64,000 nucleotides of DNA from a virus (IMGVR_UViG_3300031992_000011), one strand, 5' to 3'; positions 17,046 to 27,832 are shown, counted from the first letter of the stretch. Numbers and translations are program-made. The notes: generated by a model not told the origin, from the letters alone.

Positions 17046-18500
17046 ATGGCAGACATCAAGCAGCAACCAAAGAAGAATTACAGCAAGGAAGAGCAGATCG
17101 CGATCGTGAAAGCGTCAAACCAGATGCTGACAGAGGCACTCGGGCGTATGATAGAACGCGGTGTCGAGGACAGCAAGATACAAGAAATGAAGACCGCGAT
17201 CGGCGAGAACCTGGACTACGCCAAACACTCACTCGACGCGACAAAGGAAGACGTGGACAACGCCATGTACCACGGAGCGAGCATATCGGCGATCAAGTCG
17301 TATGAGGAAAGACTGAAACGAAAAGGCATCACGGACGAGGAGATGAGGAGAAAGGACATAGCGACAACCGGCGCCACAACCGTCCAAAACGGCGAAACCG
17401 CGAGCGAACCCGCCAAAAAGAGAAGACAGCGCAAGAAAAAGGCCGCCGGCGAATCAGATTCTGGTGCAAAGAAACCGGACACAAAAGAAGCGCCGCAGGT
17501 GATAGAAGAGGCAAAACCGCCTGTCGCCCACACAAATCCCGGACCAAAAGACGCCGTCCGCAAGGAGGAGCAACCGGACAAGGACAAGTACTACAACATA
17601 GAGCAGTTCAACCTTGACGAGATTCCCGACTATGTCCAATACGACATCATACCGCTTCCGTCACGCGGACAGTGCTATCCGAACAAGAAGTCGAGGATAC
17701 CCGTGGCGTATCTCACGGCGGCCGACGAGAACATCATAGCGTCGCCGAACATGTACCGTGACGGAAAACTGATCGACGTAATACTGCGTAGAAAGATACT
17801 CGACAAGAGTGTCGACATCGACAAACTGTGCACAGGTGACAGGGACGCCATTGTGCTATGGCTGAGGGCGACGTCATACGGGGACGACTTCCCGATATCG
17901 GCCGAAGACACGGTGAGCGGAAAGAGATACGAGACAACAGTGAAACTTTCATCCCTCAAATACAAGAACCTCATGCTTGAGGGCGACGAGGACGGACTGC
18001 TCACGTATCAGGACGGGAAAAACGTGATCAAGTTCAGGTATCCGAGCCACGCGGACGAAGAGGAGTTGAGAGAGAGGCTGTCGAGACAGATGGGGAACCA
18101 TGACAGGTACACAGCGCTCATGTCGCTGTTCCGCCTCAAGACTGACATGAAAAAAGTCGACATAAGCGAAGAGGACAGGAAAAACGCGACCGAGGACATT
18201 GACGAGCTGAGCGACATACTGTACGCCATCGCTGACGAGGAAAAGGTGAACTATCCGGAGACCATCACCGAACAGATGAAGATATACACCAAGTCCGTGA
18301 ACGGGAACAGCGACCCGGAATACATCAGCAAGTTCATAGAAAACATGAGGAGCGGAGACGCCCTCAAGTACAGGGAATTCGTGAACGAGAACTTCCCCGG
18401 GGTCGATTTCAGAGTGACAGTAAACAGACCGGAGTCAGATGGAGGTGGCTCGTTCGACACGTTTCTTAGACTCGACGATAATGTTTTCCTCAACTTCTGA
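17046..18500 (+). CDS. baseplate hub/tail assembly chaperone (T4 gp26-like domain) with a long N-terminal extension
   Basis: IIPLPSRGQCYP, YLTAADENII and GDRDAIVLWLRATSYG. Lies upstream of the tape measure gene. Confidence 0.7.
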   Translation: MADIKQQPKKNYSKEEQIAIVKASNQMLTEALGRMIERGVEDSKIQEMKTAIGENLDYAKHSLDATKEDVDNAMYHGASISAIKSYEERLKRKGITDEEMRRKDIATTGATTVQNGETASEPAKKRRQRKKKAAGESDSGAKKPDTKEAPQVIEEAKPPVAHTNPGPKDAVRKEEQPDKDKYYNIEQFNLDEIPDYVQYDIIPLPSRGQCYPNKKSRIPVAYLTAADENIIASPNMYRDGKLIDVILRRKILDKSVDIDKLCTGDRDAIVLWLRATSYGDDFPISAEDTVSGKRYETTVKLSSLKYKNLMLEGDEDGLLTYQDGKNVIKFRYPSHADEEELRERLSRQMGNHDRYTALMSLFRLKTDMKKVDISEEDRKNATEDIDELSDILYAIADEEKVNYPETITEQMKIYTKSVNGNSDPEYISKFIENMRSGDALKYREFVNENFPGVDFRVTVNRPESDGGGSFDTFLRLDDNVFLNF

Positions 18501-18681
18501 ATATGAGAAGACACTGAAGAACGAACTTTACCTTTGCCACAGGCACATGAAGATAAGTTTCACGGAACTGCTCAGAATGCCTGTAGCGGACAGAAAGACA
18601 TACATCTCGATACATAACCGCGAGGTAGACAAGGAGAAGCGGCAAATGGAGGAGGCGAGGCGCAACGCCCGCAAAAGATGA
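18481..18681 (+). CDS. small tail assembly chaperone partner, possibly a frameshift extension of the upstream gene
   Basis: +1-frame ORF overlapping the upstream stop, containing SFTELLRMPVADRKTYI. Confidence 0.65.
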   Translation: MFSSTSEYEKTLKNELYLCHRHMKISFTELLRMPVADRKTYISIHNREVDKEKRQMEEARRNARKR

Positions 18682-18684
18682 ACG

Positions 18685-18716
18685 TTTCCGCGGGCGCGCA
18701 TAAGCGTCCGCGGAAA
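18685..18716. terminator. GC-rich hairpin between chaperone and tape measure genes
   Basis: TTTCCGCGGGCGC...GCGTCCGCGGAAA, immediately followed by TATTTAG. The U-tail is weak. Confidence 0.55.
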
Positions 18717-18744
18717 TATTTAGCTATAAACGTAAGATTATCAC

Positions 18745-21700
18745 ATGGCAAACAACGGCGAGATAAACATAAAAGACCTTGAACAACTGTTCAGAAGTGT
18801 GGGCAGACGTGAATTGGAGGCCGTTTTGATACCGGCATACAAGCAATTGCTTCAGTCGTCCGTAGAACCGTTCGACGATATTGCTGAGTATCTTTCTGAA
18901 GAAAATCGCAAAAATCTAAGAGCCGCATACGACGAATACAAGGATGCAATCGAGACTTTAAATCGGAGTATAGAAGAACAAGTCCAACTAATAAAGGACA
19001 TTGACGACGAGATATCCTCAAAACAGCAGGAACTGAGACGCGCCAGAGGCAGAACGGCGAGGGCCAGCATACAGCATGACATAGACGAACTTAAACTCGA
19101 CAGACAATCTGCCGAGAATAACCTACAGATGTCCAAAGACCTCCGCGACAGAAAACACGAGGATATATTTAGCGATCCGAAGAAGAAGAAGGCGAAGGAA
19201 GCGGCAGAAAAGGCTGTAGAATTAGAGAAGGAGAAGATAGAACGAGCGTCAATGCGGCGCAAGATGAACAGCGCCATGGGCGATACATGGATAGGCGGAC
19301 GCTTAGACAATCTGGCGGCGAGGCAGGAGAAACTCACGAAGTTCGGCAACATGGGGAACTTCATGCAGAACAACGCCGGAGGCCTGGCCAAGATGGTCGG
19401 CGGAGGAGGCAAGCTCGCAAAAGTGTTCTCGACGCTCGGCGGCGTGGTCGGAAAGGTCGGAGGAATGTTCACGAAACTTCTTGGACCTATTGGGTGGATA
19501 ATCGAGATAGTCAAGTTCGCGATGGACACGTATGGCGACCATCTCAAACTTCAAGCCAAACTTACGGAGATAGAGACCCAGAGACGACAGGACTACACCG
19601 ACTACATGACCGGACAGTATACCGTAGGCACGGACAAGGCGCTCGCGTATATGGACTACACCGGACAGGTGGCCATGGCAAGACGCGGCGCCGGCGCGGC
19701 GGACCTTACCGATGCGAACGGACTCTTGGTCGGACGTTCGGCAACGGCGGCAGAACTCGGGTACGGACTCCCGTTCAACGGAATAAACGAGACTGCTTAC
19801 CAGGCGGCCAGCGCAGCAGTGAAATTTGCCGCGGACGCTCAGAAGACGGAGAGGGCACACGGCGTCAGAATGAGGGACATCGAGAGGACGTCAGCAGCAG
19901 CAAAGGCGCAATACGAGCAAACAGCAGGAATGGCCGGGTTCCGGGAGAGGGAGAACGAACTGAAACTGATCAATGACATGTTTGACCGGAACATGGACGC
20001 CATGCGGGAAAGAATCGGCGCCGGAGCATCCGCACAAGGACTTGACTATCTCACAAAGAACGAAAACAGCGGCAATCAGATAGAAGGGCTCACGAAGGAC
20101 GTACAAGAAAAAGTGTACGGTGCAGCGAAAAAAGGCGCTGGAGGAGGCACATGGGCATCACAGGCAATGGCCGGAGCGGAGGCAGGCGGTGGAGAAAGGA
20201 CAAGCGCAGGTGCGTCCGCCGTATTGACTGCGATAGGGATGCTTAGCGACAGTATGCTACAAGGAACGTTGGATGTCACAAATGCAGACTTCAAAAAAGA
20301 GACTGCCAGACTGTCGCAGGAACTTCAGTTGGAAAAGGTGATAGCTGAGCGCAACTACAACCTTGGGGTGAAAAGGATACAGCTTGAGACACAACTGGCG
20401 AAAACAACGGATGACGCAAGAAAAGCCGCAGCGGACCAAGTGACAGACGCCGCCGCCCGCGTTGTCGAGGCACAGCTCAAGCTGGCGCAGAACACAGAGA
20501 AGTGGCTGGACAAACTTGACGAGGTGTCAAACAACACCGCAAGGAGCATGGGGATAACCGATCCCGCCGCGATGAGGAGATACCAGTACATGCTGATGCA
20601 CAACGCGAGCGACCTCGGCAAGAAATGGGGCGTCCAGCCTGAAGAGGTGATGAAGATGCAGAGCGGTTTCGCCGAGAACACCGGAAGAAACAGGACACTC
20701 ACCAAGACAGAACTCGACAAGATGCTCGCGTTCGGTTATCTTACCGGTGACAACGCACAGGCCGGGGCGATAGTCAACGGGCTTCAGATATTCAACAAGA
20801 GCGCGTCTGACAGCATCGACCTTATGGACAAGCAGATGCAGAAGGTCAACAAGATGGGTCTGAATGCAAGGAAGTATGCAAAGGATTTTCTTGACAACAT
20901 CAAACTTGCCAACAAATACAACTTCAAAAACGGCGTGAAGGGACTCGCCGAGATGACCGCATGGGCACAGAAGACCAGGTTCAACATGTCGTCATTGTCA
21001 TCAATTCTCGACAAAGTGCAGGAAGGCGGACTTGAGGGCGTCATCAAGCAGTCCGCAGGTTTCCAGGTGCTTGGCGGTAACGCCGCAATGTACTCTGACC
21101 CTCTCGGCATGATGTTCGACGCTTGGAACGACCCTGACGCTTACGCCAAGAGAATGTACAACATGACAAAGGGGTATGGTTCTATCGACAGACGCACCGG
21201 CGAGACCAAGTTCAATCAGAACGAGAGCATGTTCATCGCCGAAATAGCGAAATTGCAAGGCAGGTCACCCGAGGAACTCAGGAACGAGATACGTGAAAGG
21301 AACAAACGGGATGTGGTCACTTCGCAACTTAGTGCCGAACAACTGTCATCGTTGAATGAGGATCAAAAGACATTGTTGTCGAACAAGGCCGTGTTCAACG
21401 AAAAGACCGGCAGATGGGAGGTCGCAATGGACGACGGAACGATCAGAGGTCTCAACGAAATAGGGTCTGAAGACATCAAGCATCTGCAACCGCAAGGGCA
21501 CGAGGAAACAATAGAGAACTATATGGAACAGATACTCACCGCGCTCAAGAGGGTCACCGGTGAGGAGATATGGGAGAAAACCGAGTCTGGTATATCGGCA
21601 TACGAGGAATACACGGCCAATTATCTTCAGAGGATGGCAACGTCAAACGACAACTTCCTTCAGAAACGCGAAGAATATGACAAGACCATCAAGGAAGGGA

Positions 21701-22779
21701 TGGATGCTGCCACGAAGAATCTGAAGACATTCCTTGACATATTCCAAGACAACAACGATCCGCTTAGGGCAGAGGTCGACAAACTCAAGGAAAGCGCAGC
21801 GAACATGGCCGGCAGCGTGGAGACACTTGGTTCGATACTTTCTTCAGCGAACGGGAACCTTAGCGCCGGTTTCGACGAACTGACCGGTGAATTGAATGAC
21901 GCAGAACGGAGGATACGGGAATTCTTCCATCTTGAGGAACAACTGAATCAAGATAAGTCTTCAAAGGCCAACAGGGTGTTTGACGGACTGATGAAAAAGG
22001 CGTTGCAACTGAGCAGCAACACGCAGTTGGATAAGTTCACGAAAAATCCGTTTGCAACAACCGGAAAATGGTCACAAAAGGATTGGTCAGATTATGGGAG
22101 TCCGATTGAACAACTAAGAAAAATGGCTTCCACTCCACATTATTCAATAAAGGAAGCCAGAGATCTGATAAAATCAAGTAAGATAACAGACTATCTTGTA
22201 AATCAAGGGTATTGGACTTCAAAAGGCACCGCGGACGATGACGACGCCATCAGAGACTTCATGAAAAACATCGGCAGATACGAAGTCGTACATGAAGACG
22301 ATAAAAATATGCGGTACACTAAACTAAGGAGAGTAGCTGATGCACTGATACCATCGAACGGATCCTCTACCTTTATATCCGGCGGTTCCGGCGTGCAACA
22401 CATAAACGATGGCGTCATAACCAACCCGAGCGACCGCATACTGGCATTCAGGCCCGGCGGAAGCGTTGCCAACCTATGGAACACGATGGCCGAGGCAATG
22501 AATGTGATGTCTGACTATATCTCGCCGATGTCGTCGACTGTTCCTTACGCGAACGGAGGATACGGGCAGAACAACAACCCGAGCGAAATCAGAGTGACAC
22601 TCGACGGAACGCTGAACGTCAGCGGAGGAGGGCAGAGTGTGGACATCATCAACATGCTCCGATACGACCCGACGTTCGCGAGGGAATTCGGAAAGGCGAT
22701 GATCATGGCGATAGACAACGGACAGAACGGGAAGACCTTGCATCCGGTAATGAACAGAGGGTACACAACAATTTCATAA
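18745..22779 (+). CDS. tail tape measure protein
   Basis: 1344 aa, coiled-coil and Ala/Gly-rich with an amphipathic GG-rich segment. Sits between the chaperone pair and baseplate genes. Confidence 0.8.
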   Translation: MANNGEINIKDLEQLFRSVGRRELEAVLIPAYKQLLQSSVEPFDDIAEYLSEENRKNLRAAYDEYKDAIETLNRSIEEQVQLIKDIDDEISSKQQELRRARGRTARASIQHDIDELKLDRQSAENNLQMSKDLRDRKHEDIFSDPKKKKAKEAAEKAVELEKEKIERASMRRKMNSAMGDTWIGGRLDNLAARQEKLTKFGNMGNFMQNNAGGLAKMVGGGGKLAKVFSTLGGVVGKVGGMFTKLLGPIGWIIEIVKFAMDTYGDHLKLQAKLTEIETQRRQDYTDYMTGQYTVGTDKALAYMDYTGQVAMARRGAGAADLTDANGLLVGRSATAAELGYGLPFNGINETAYQAASAAVKFAADAQKTERAHGVRMRDIERTSAAAKAQYEQTAGMAGFRERENELKLINDMFDRNMDAMRERIGAGASAQGLDYLTKNENSGNQIEGLTKDVQEKVYGAAKKGAGGGTWASQAMAGAEAGGGERTSAGASAVLTAIGMLSDSMLQGTLDVTNADFKKETARLSQELQLEKVIAERNYNLGVKRIQLETQLAKTTDDARKAAADQVTDAAARVVEAQLKLAQNTEKWLDKLDEVSNNTARSMGITDPAAMRRYQYMLMHNASDLGKKWGVQPEEVMKMQSGFAENTGRNRTLTKTELDKMLAFGYLTGDNAQAGAIVNGLQIFNKSASDSIDLMDKQMQKVNKMGLNARKYAKDFLDNIKLANKYNFKNGVKGLAEMTAWAQKTRFNMSSLSSILDKVQEGGLEGVIKQSAGFQVLGGNAAMYSDPLGMMFDAWNDPDAYAKRMYNMTKGYGSIDRRTGETKFNQNESMFIAEIAKLQGRSPEELRNEIRERNKRDVVTSQLSAEQLSSLNEDQKTLLSNKAVFNEKTGRWEVAMDDGTIRGLNEIGSEDIKHLQPQGHEETIENYMEQILTALKRVTGEEIWEKTESGISAYEEYTANYLQRMATSNDNFLQKREEYDKTIKEGMDAATKNLKTFLDIFQDNNDPLRAEVDKLKESAANMAGSVETLGSILSSANGNLSAGFDELTGELNDAERRIREFFHLEEQLNQDKSSKANRVFDGLMKKALQLSSNTQLDKFTKNPFATTGKWSQKDWSDYGSPIEQLRKMASTPHYSIKEARDLIKSSKITDYLVNQGYWTSKGTADDDDAIRDFMKNIGRYEVVHEDDKNMRYTKLRRVADALIPSNGSSTFISGGSGVQHINDGVITNPSDRILAFRPGGSVANLWNTMAEAMNVMSDYISPMSSTVPYANGGYGQNNNPSEIRVTLDGTLNVSGGGQSVDIINMLRYDPTFAREFGKAMIMAIDNGQNGKTLHPVMNRGYTTIS

Positions 22780-22820
22780 CCTGTGTTAATTATACTTAAA
22801 GCGACAACAGAACACAACAC

Positions 22821-25800
22821 ATGGCATCTTTGAGTGACAGACTTGGCGACCTGAATTTCTCCAAGAAATTCTCCGAGTTCGCCGACAAGATAAACGGCAG
22901 TGTGCGAAAACGTACAGGAAACGACGCCACGTCACTGTTTGAGAACATAGAGACAGGAAACCGTTACGACAACTCTGACGGCGACAGAGGAGTGCTTCCG
23001 TCTGCGCTTACCGGACTTTATGGAAGACTCAACATAAACGGCGCTTCCACAGAACTCCGCCAAAACAGTTATATTGACGTGATGACCATGCTGTCCGAGA
23101 TGAACCCGAAGGATTTCTGCGACTTCAACGGGCTTATGGGCGCGTTCATGAACCGGCTGATGCAGATAAACATCAACGAGAAGGACATCACACTTGGAGC
23201 GCTCGGACAGGATGCGGCCATAAACGGGGATTCGAACAGGTTGTCGCCTGACATACCTAGATACAGCTATACAGAAGGGCGCAACTACCTCGACTTTGTA
23301 GAGCGCGCCAGAATGACGAGCGGAAGCGACATGTCCACCAGGACGACGAACAACGTCGACACGCCATATTACACAAACGGCAACGAGATATACCGATACA
23401 CCGAGAACCTGTACCCTGACGACAACGGAACGGGGACGTTCTCGAACAAATGGAATGTAGCAAGCCACAGGAACTCCATACTGTACAAGACAAAAAGACT
23501 TTTCGCACAAGGGAAGATAAACTCACTCATATCAAGGTTCGGGACAAACGCAGACCCGCTCTCCACGCCGTTAGACTACACCGGGCGAAAAGGGACGAGG
23601 GTTGGCGGCGAATCACGAGGCAGGAACCTGCTCGCCAAGGACACGTCAAAAAACTACAACGGGTACAACAACCCGTACTGCCGTGTGTGGACACATCATC
23701 ACCAGTACGACCGCGTGTCGAGGATGATAAGGCCGTTCGGCGGTGACTCGACCCTTGAGAAAATGCACGCGTTCCCGAAGGTCAACCCTGTCGAAGGGAG
23801 CAGCGACCAGACGAAGTTCGACACAAAGGGATGGCGCTATTCGGTCATGAGCAACGACGGAGAGAGCAACTACAACGGGTTCGTGAACATAACGCCGAAG
23901 TTCCTCGGAGGGGCGGAGAAGAACATACACACAAAGCAGTGTATGCTCTCCATCGAGAACCTTGCGTGGAGGGGATACAACCCGTATGAGTTCGAGAAGG
24001 CGCTGTCGTGGGAACAGAGAGGCCCTCTTGGCGGAAGGATAATGTGGTTTCCCCCATACGGTCTCACATTCAACGAGACGTCAAACGCGAACTGGTCGTC
24101 TAACAGTTTCATCGGGCGCGGGGAGGACGTGTACACATATGTAAACACACAGAGGACAGGAAGTCTGAGTTTCATCCTGCTCATAGACCATCCGTCCATA
24201 CTTGACTACGCCACATGGAACGACTACGGAAGATACCGGTGGGGCGGCGACACAGACCGTTCGTCGAACGGCGTGACAGACGAGAAGATACTGCAGTTTT
24301 TCGCCGGATGCGACTCGGCCGACGGCGGAGACGCGTCAAGCCTGTTTCATGACGCCAAAGAGACACCGCTCACTGACGAGTACAAATATGAGTTCGTTCC
24401 CGGTGAAATCATAACACCGCAGCTTGTTCCGGAACCTGAAAAACCGGAGCCAAAACCGGAAGATGAACCACCGAGGGAACAACCTGACTCGGTCGAGTTC
24501 TACATATTCTTCCCGAACAACTATTCCGGATACTATGACTACCCGAACAATCCTAACGGGGACGTAGATGCCGTGATGTATCTGATGGCCGGAACCGGCG
24601 CACAGATGGACTTGACGGACGGAACAATAAGGACCATGCGAATCTCTGCCGACCAAATTACGGAAGACGGGACAGGATACGAGATTGACCGAAGTCTGTC
24701 AACAGACAATACGACGATGATGCCAAGACTCAAACCCGCCAAAGGGGGATATACCGCACTGATGGATGACGGGTGGCATTATCGTGTTGACGGCGTGTAT
24801 GTGCAGAAAAAGAACAAACTGTACACGATAAGCGGAAGAACGGAAGGCGGGCAGCTAAACGACACGAACAAGAACACACTGGCGCAGAAACTGAAGTACA
24901 GCAAGAACGACAAGTACAATCATTATGAGGATGAAGCATGCCTTGGGTTGAACAAGAGCGTGTCGGCAGTCAGGAGCAACCTAAAGATAAACGACGAAAC
25001 GCCGAACCTGTATTCCGCTTCCGAGGTCATATGCGCCGCCTTGCGGTACAAAAACAAGACAACCGCAGCGGACAAGGTAAAGTCAAAGGTCGAGTCAAGA
25101 CAGGTCACCATCGACGGCAAACAAATGGAAGCGGTCGACGCCCTTGTCAAATTGTTCAACGAAAGGGAGATTTCCGAAGTTGAGGCGCACGGGTATGCGA
25201 GTACAGACGGTTCGACAAACGCAAGTGTCAGAAACCAGTTTCTTGCGGAACAAAGGTCAAACACAATCGCGACATGGCTGGAAAACATATGTGGATTCAA
25301 AAAAGGCGTAACTGACGGCAATGGTCCTGATGGGGTTGGATATGACAAGAACAAAGAAAACTCGCCGCTGTCCAAAGCATCACGTTATGCTAAAGTTATC
25401 ATTAAATTTGTCACCGAGTCCAAGCAGGACGCCGCAAAGGTAGATGGTGGACAACAGTCTGAGACTACAAGCGAACCGGCGGAAACAACAACACCGGAAA
25501 TTTCTTCCGCTGAGACTGCGCAACAGAACGCAGACAAAACCATTGAAAAACTAAAAGGCGAGTATTTAAAAATACTGACACAGGAAGACGAACAATATTA
25601 TGGTACGTGGGCGCTTTATCGTTTTCTATACTCCAAGTGGGATCAAGACGTGCACAGCAACATGTCACATATTTTAAGTTTAATAGCGCCGTTTGAGTTT
25701 AATACAGATTTGACTGAATTTGCCAGCAAAAAGGTTGACGAATACATCGGATGGGCGAACGATTCTCGTTTAGGCGGATATAATGCGGCATACGAACCAT

Positions 25801-27506
25801 ACATAAATGGCGCAGAGGAAATAGGAGCGTTGTTAGATACAGAAGGAACGTATGAAGAGATGATGGCATTTTTCGAGGAGAAAAAAAATGGTCCTGACGG
25901 TGAATGGTATAAAAATTTCGAGCAAAAACTAATGCACGAGCAGATCGGCAACGATGAACGTGTAATCCTTGCATACGCAGGCGCGTGTCTTTTTGGTGTT
26001 TTGTACATGGGATACATTAAAAATTTCTTCAAAGAAATAAAAGATTACACAAGCACATTACCACAATCAGACGCTGCGGCGGAACAAACCGACGCGAGCA
26101 TATCTGACGCGAACAAGGCAAACAAGATAAGTGACACATCGCCGAGCGAGGCGACCGTGGAGACCGGTCAGAGGGTCAGCAAATATGTCGGATACAACGA
26201 AGTGCTTCGTCCGGACGGCAGTTCATACAACCCGAAGCGGTACAGGACGACGAACGACGGCGAGGACAGCATATGGATAGATGTTGGTGACGGAAAACTG
26301 CAGAAGATAACCAGACAATACAAGGCGCGGTTCGCAAACAACGACGCCGGCATCGAGAACGACAAGGACGAATACAACAAGTACAGATATGACCAAGAGT
26401 ACTACTTCTACCGCAAGCTTGAACGGGAAAGCCCGCTGGTGTTCCAGAGACTTGTCGACAAACTGAAGTATTTTGACCCGGCATTCCACTCAATGACACC
26501 GGAGGGATTCAACGGCCGGCTCACGTTCCTTCATCAGTGCACAAGGCAGGGCAACACCGTCACAATGTCAGACAGCGGCGGAAAGACGGCCAACAACCTG
26601 GCGTTCGGGAGACCTCCTTTCTGCGTATTGCGGATCGGCGACTTTGTCAATCAGATGGTCATCATCAACAACGTGAACTTTGACTACACGGTGTCAGAGG
26701 GCATAACGTGGGACCTCAACCCGGAAGGCGCCGGAGTACAGCCTATGCTTTGCCGCGTCACACTCACACTTACGCTGATAGGAGGAAGCGATCTGGCCGG
26801 ACCGATACGCAGACTGCAGAACGCGATGTCCTTCAACTACTACGCCAACGCACGTCTGTACGACAACCGGGCGGACAGGGTGATGTACAACTCAGAGGGT
26901 GACGCGAGACTCGAGGGCGCTGTCGACTGGGAAATCAACAAGGAACAGTCCTATTCATACAGGACAGCGATGTACAACAAACAAGACCCGTGGGCGAATT
27001 GGATAGACGAGAACAGAGACCGTCTCGTGGAGTCGGCCAAGACGGAAGTCGGAATGCTTCCGCAGATAGACGGAATCAAGTTGCCTGACTTCGGCGGCAT
27101 AGGAACGCAGCAGCAAACGGACGGCGCAGACTCTGCGAGCAGCGACACAACACGCCAGCGCGGAAGCGTAACCGGTGAAGAAGAACCGTCTGCGGCAGGA
27201 ACATCCGTATCCGCGACACAGAGAAGCGCAAACGACAGTCCGGAAACGCCAAAACCAAACTACACGGCTAATGCTGTGGACCAAATGAAAAAATATCTTG
27301 ACGCGCTCGGTCGAGATAAGTCATATCATGACAGTGAAGGGCTTGACTACTATCATCTTATAGACTACATTGAAATGGACAAATTATTTAATCCACAGGT
27401 GATGAAAGACGACAGGAATGGCAACAAATTCTGGCGGGGGACTCTTGAGATGTTTGAGACAAATCCGGAGCTATGGACAGGTGGAGGCAATAAAAAAGAA
27501 CAGTAA
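22821..27506 (+). CDS. large baseplate/tube-initiator-like protein with an internal OmpA-like domain
   Basis: WFPPYGLTFNE...FIGRGE.VYTY..T.R.GSLSF and GRPPFCVLRIGD...WDLNPEG..VQPM tube-fold motifs, plus HGYAS..G....N..LAEQRS. Confidence 0.65.
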   Translation: MASLSDRLGDLNFSKKFSEFADKINGSVRKRTGNDATSLFENIETGNRYDNSDGDRGVLPSALTGLYGRLNINGASTELRQNSYIDVMTMLSEMNPKDFCDFNGLMGAFMNRLMQININEKDITLGALGQDAAINGDSNRLSPDIPRYSYTEGRNYLDFVERARMTSGSDMSTRTTNNVDTPYYTNGNEIYRYTENLYPDDNGTGTFSNKWNVASHRNSILYKTKRLFAQGKINSLISRFGTNADPLSTPLDYTGRKGTRVGGESRGRNLLAKDTSKNYNGYNNPYCRVWTHHHQYDRVSRMIRPFGGDSTLEKMHAFPKVNPVEGSSDQTKFDTKGWRYSVMSNDGESNYNGFVNITPKFLGGAEKNIHTKQCMLSIENLAWRGYNPYEFEKALSWEQRGPLGGRIMWFPPYGLTFNETSNANWSSNSFIGRGEDVYTYVNTQRTGSLSFILLIDHPSILDYATWNDYGRYRWGGDTDRSSNGVTDEKILQFFAGCDSADGGDASSLFHDAKETPLTDEYKYEFVPGEIITPQLVPEPEKPEPKPEDEPPREQPDSVEFYIFFPNNYSGYYDYPNNPNGDVDAVMYLMAGTGAQMDLTDGTIRTMRISADQITEDGTGYEIDRSLSTDNTTMMPRLKPAKGGYTALMDDGWHYRVDGVYVQKKNKLYTISGRTEGGQLNDTNKNTLAQKLKYSKNDKYNHYEDEACLGLNKSVSAVRSNLKINDETPNLYSASEVICAALRYKNKTTAADKVKSKVESRQVTIDGKQMEAVDALVKLFNEREISEVEAHGYASTDGSTNASVRNQFLAEQRSNTIATWLENICGFKKGVTDGNGPDGVGYDKNKENSPLSKASRYAKVIIKFVTESKQDAAKVDGGQQSETTSEPAETTTPEISSAETAQQNADKTIEKLKGEYLKILTQEDEQYYGTWALYRFLYSKWDQDVHSNMSHILSLIAPFEFNTDLTEFASKKVDEYIGWANDSRLGGYNAAYEPYINGAEEIGALLDTEGTYEEMMAFFEEKKNGPDGEWYKNFEQKLMHEQIGNDERVILAYAGACLFGVLYMGYIKNFFKEIKDYTSTLPQSDAAAEQTDASISDANKANKISDTSPSEATVETGQRVSKYVGYNEVLRPDGSSYNPKRYRTTNDGEDSIWIDVGDGKLQKITRQYKARFANNDAGIENDKDEYNKYRYDQEYYFYRKLERESPLVFQRLVDKLKYFDPAFHSMTPEGFNGRLTFLHQCTRQGNTVTMSDSGGKTANNLAFGRPPFCVLRIGDFVNQMVIINNVNFDYTVSEGITWDLNPEGAGVQPMLCRVTLTLTLIGGSDLAGPIRRLQNAMSFNYYANARLYDNRADRVMYNSEGDARLEGAVDWEINKEQSYSYRTAMYNKQDPWANWIDENRDRLVESAKTEVGMLPQIDGIKLPDFGGIGTQQQTDGADSASSDTTRQRGSVTGEEEPSAAGTSVSATQRSANDSPETPKPNYTANAVDQMKKYLDALGRDKSYHDSEGLDYYHLIDYIEMDKLFNPQVMKDDRNGNKFWRGTLEMFETNPELWTGGGNKKEQ

Positions 27507-27508
27507 CG

Positions 27509-27832
27509 ATGGCATACTACGACAGATATAAGCAGTTCCGCAAGGACGGAAAGGTCGAACTTGTTCCGTTCGTCAGGATAGGCGAGGAAGTGTCCGACCT
27601 TCACATCATTTTCGACAAGGAGAAGATGCGTCTTGACAATTTGTCTTACAAATACTATGGCGATCCGGACTACGCGTGGCTGATACTTCAGGCCAACCCG
27701 TCACTCGGCGGATATGAGTACAGCATCAAGGACGGAGTCAGGCTGCGGATACCATATCCGCTAAACTCGGCACTTGTGCGTTATGACAGGGGGATATCCG
27801 CTGCGATGGCGCACACTTCTACAGTCAAGTGA
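27509..27832 (+). CDS. baseplate wedge protein, gp53/LysM-like
   Basis: RLDNLSYKYYGDPDYAWLILQANP...LRIP. Confidence 0.8.
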   Translation: MAYYDRYKQFRKDGKVELVPFVRIGEEVSDLHIIFDKEKMRLDNLSYKYYGDPDYAWLILQANPSLGGYEYSIKDGVRLRIPYPLNSALVRYDRGISAAMAHTSTVK

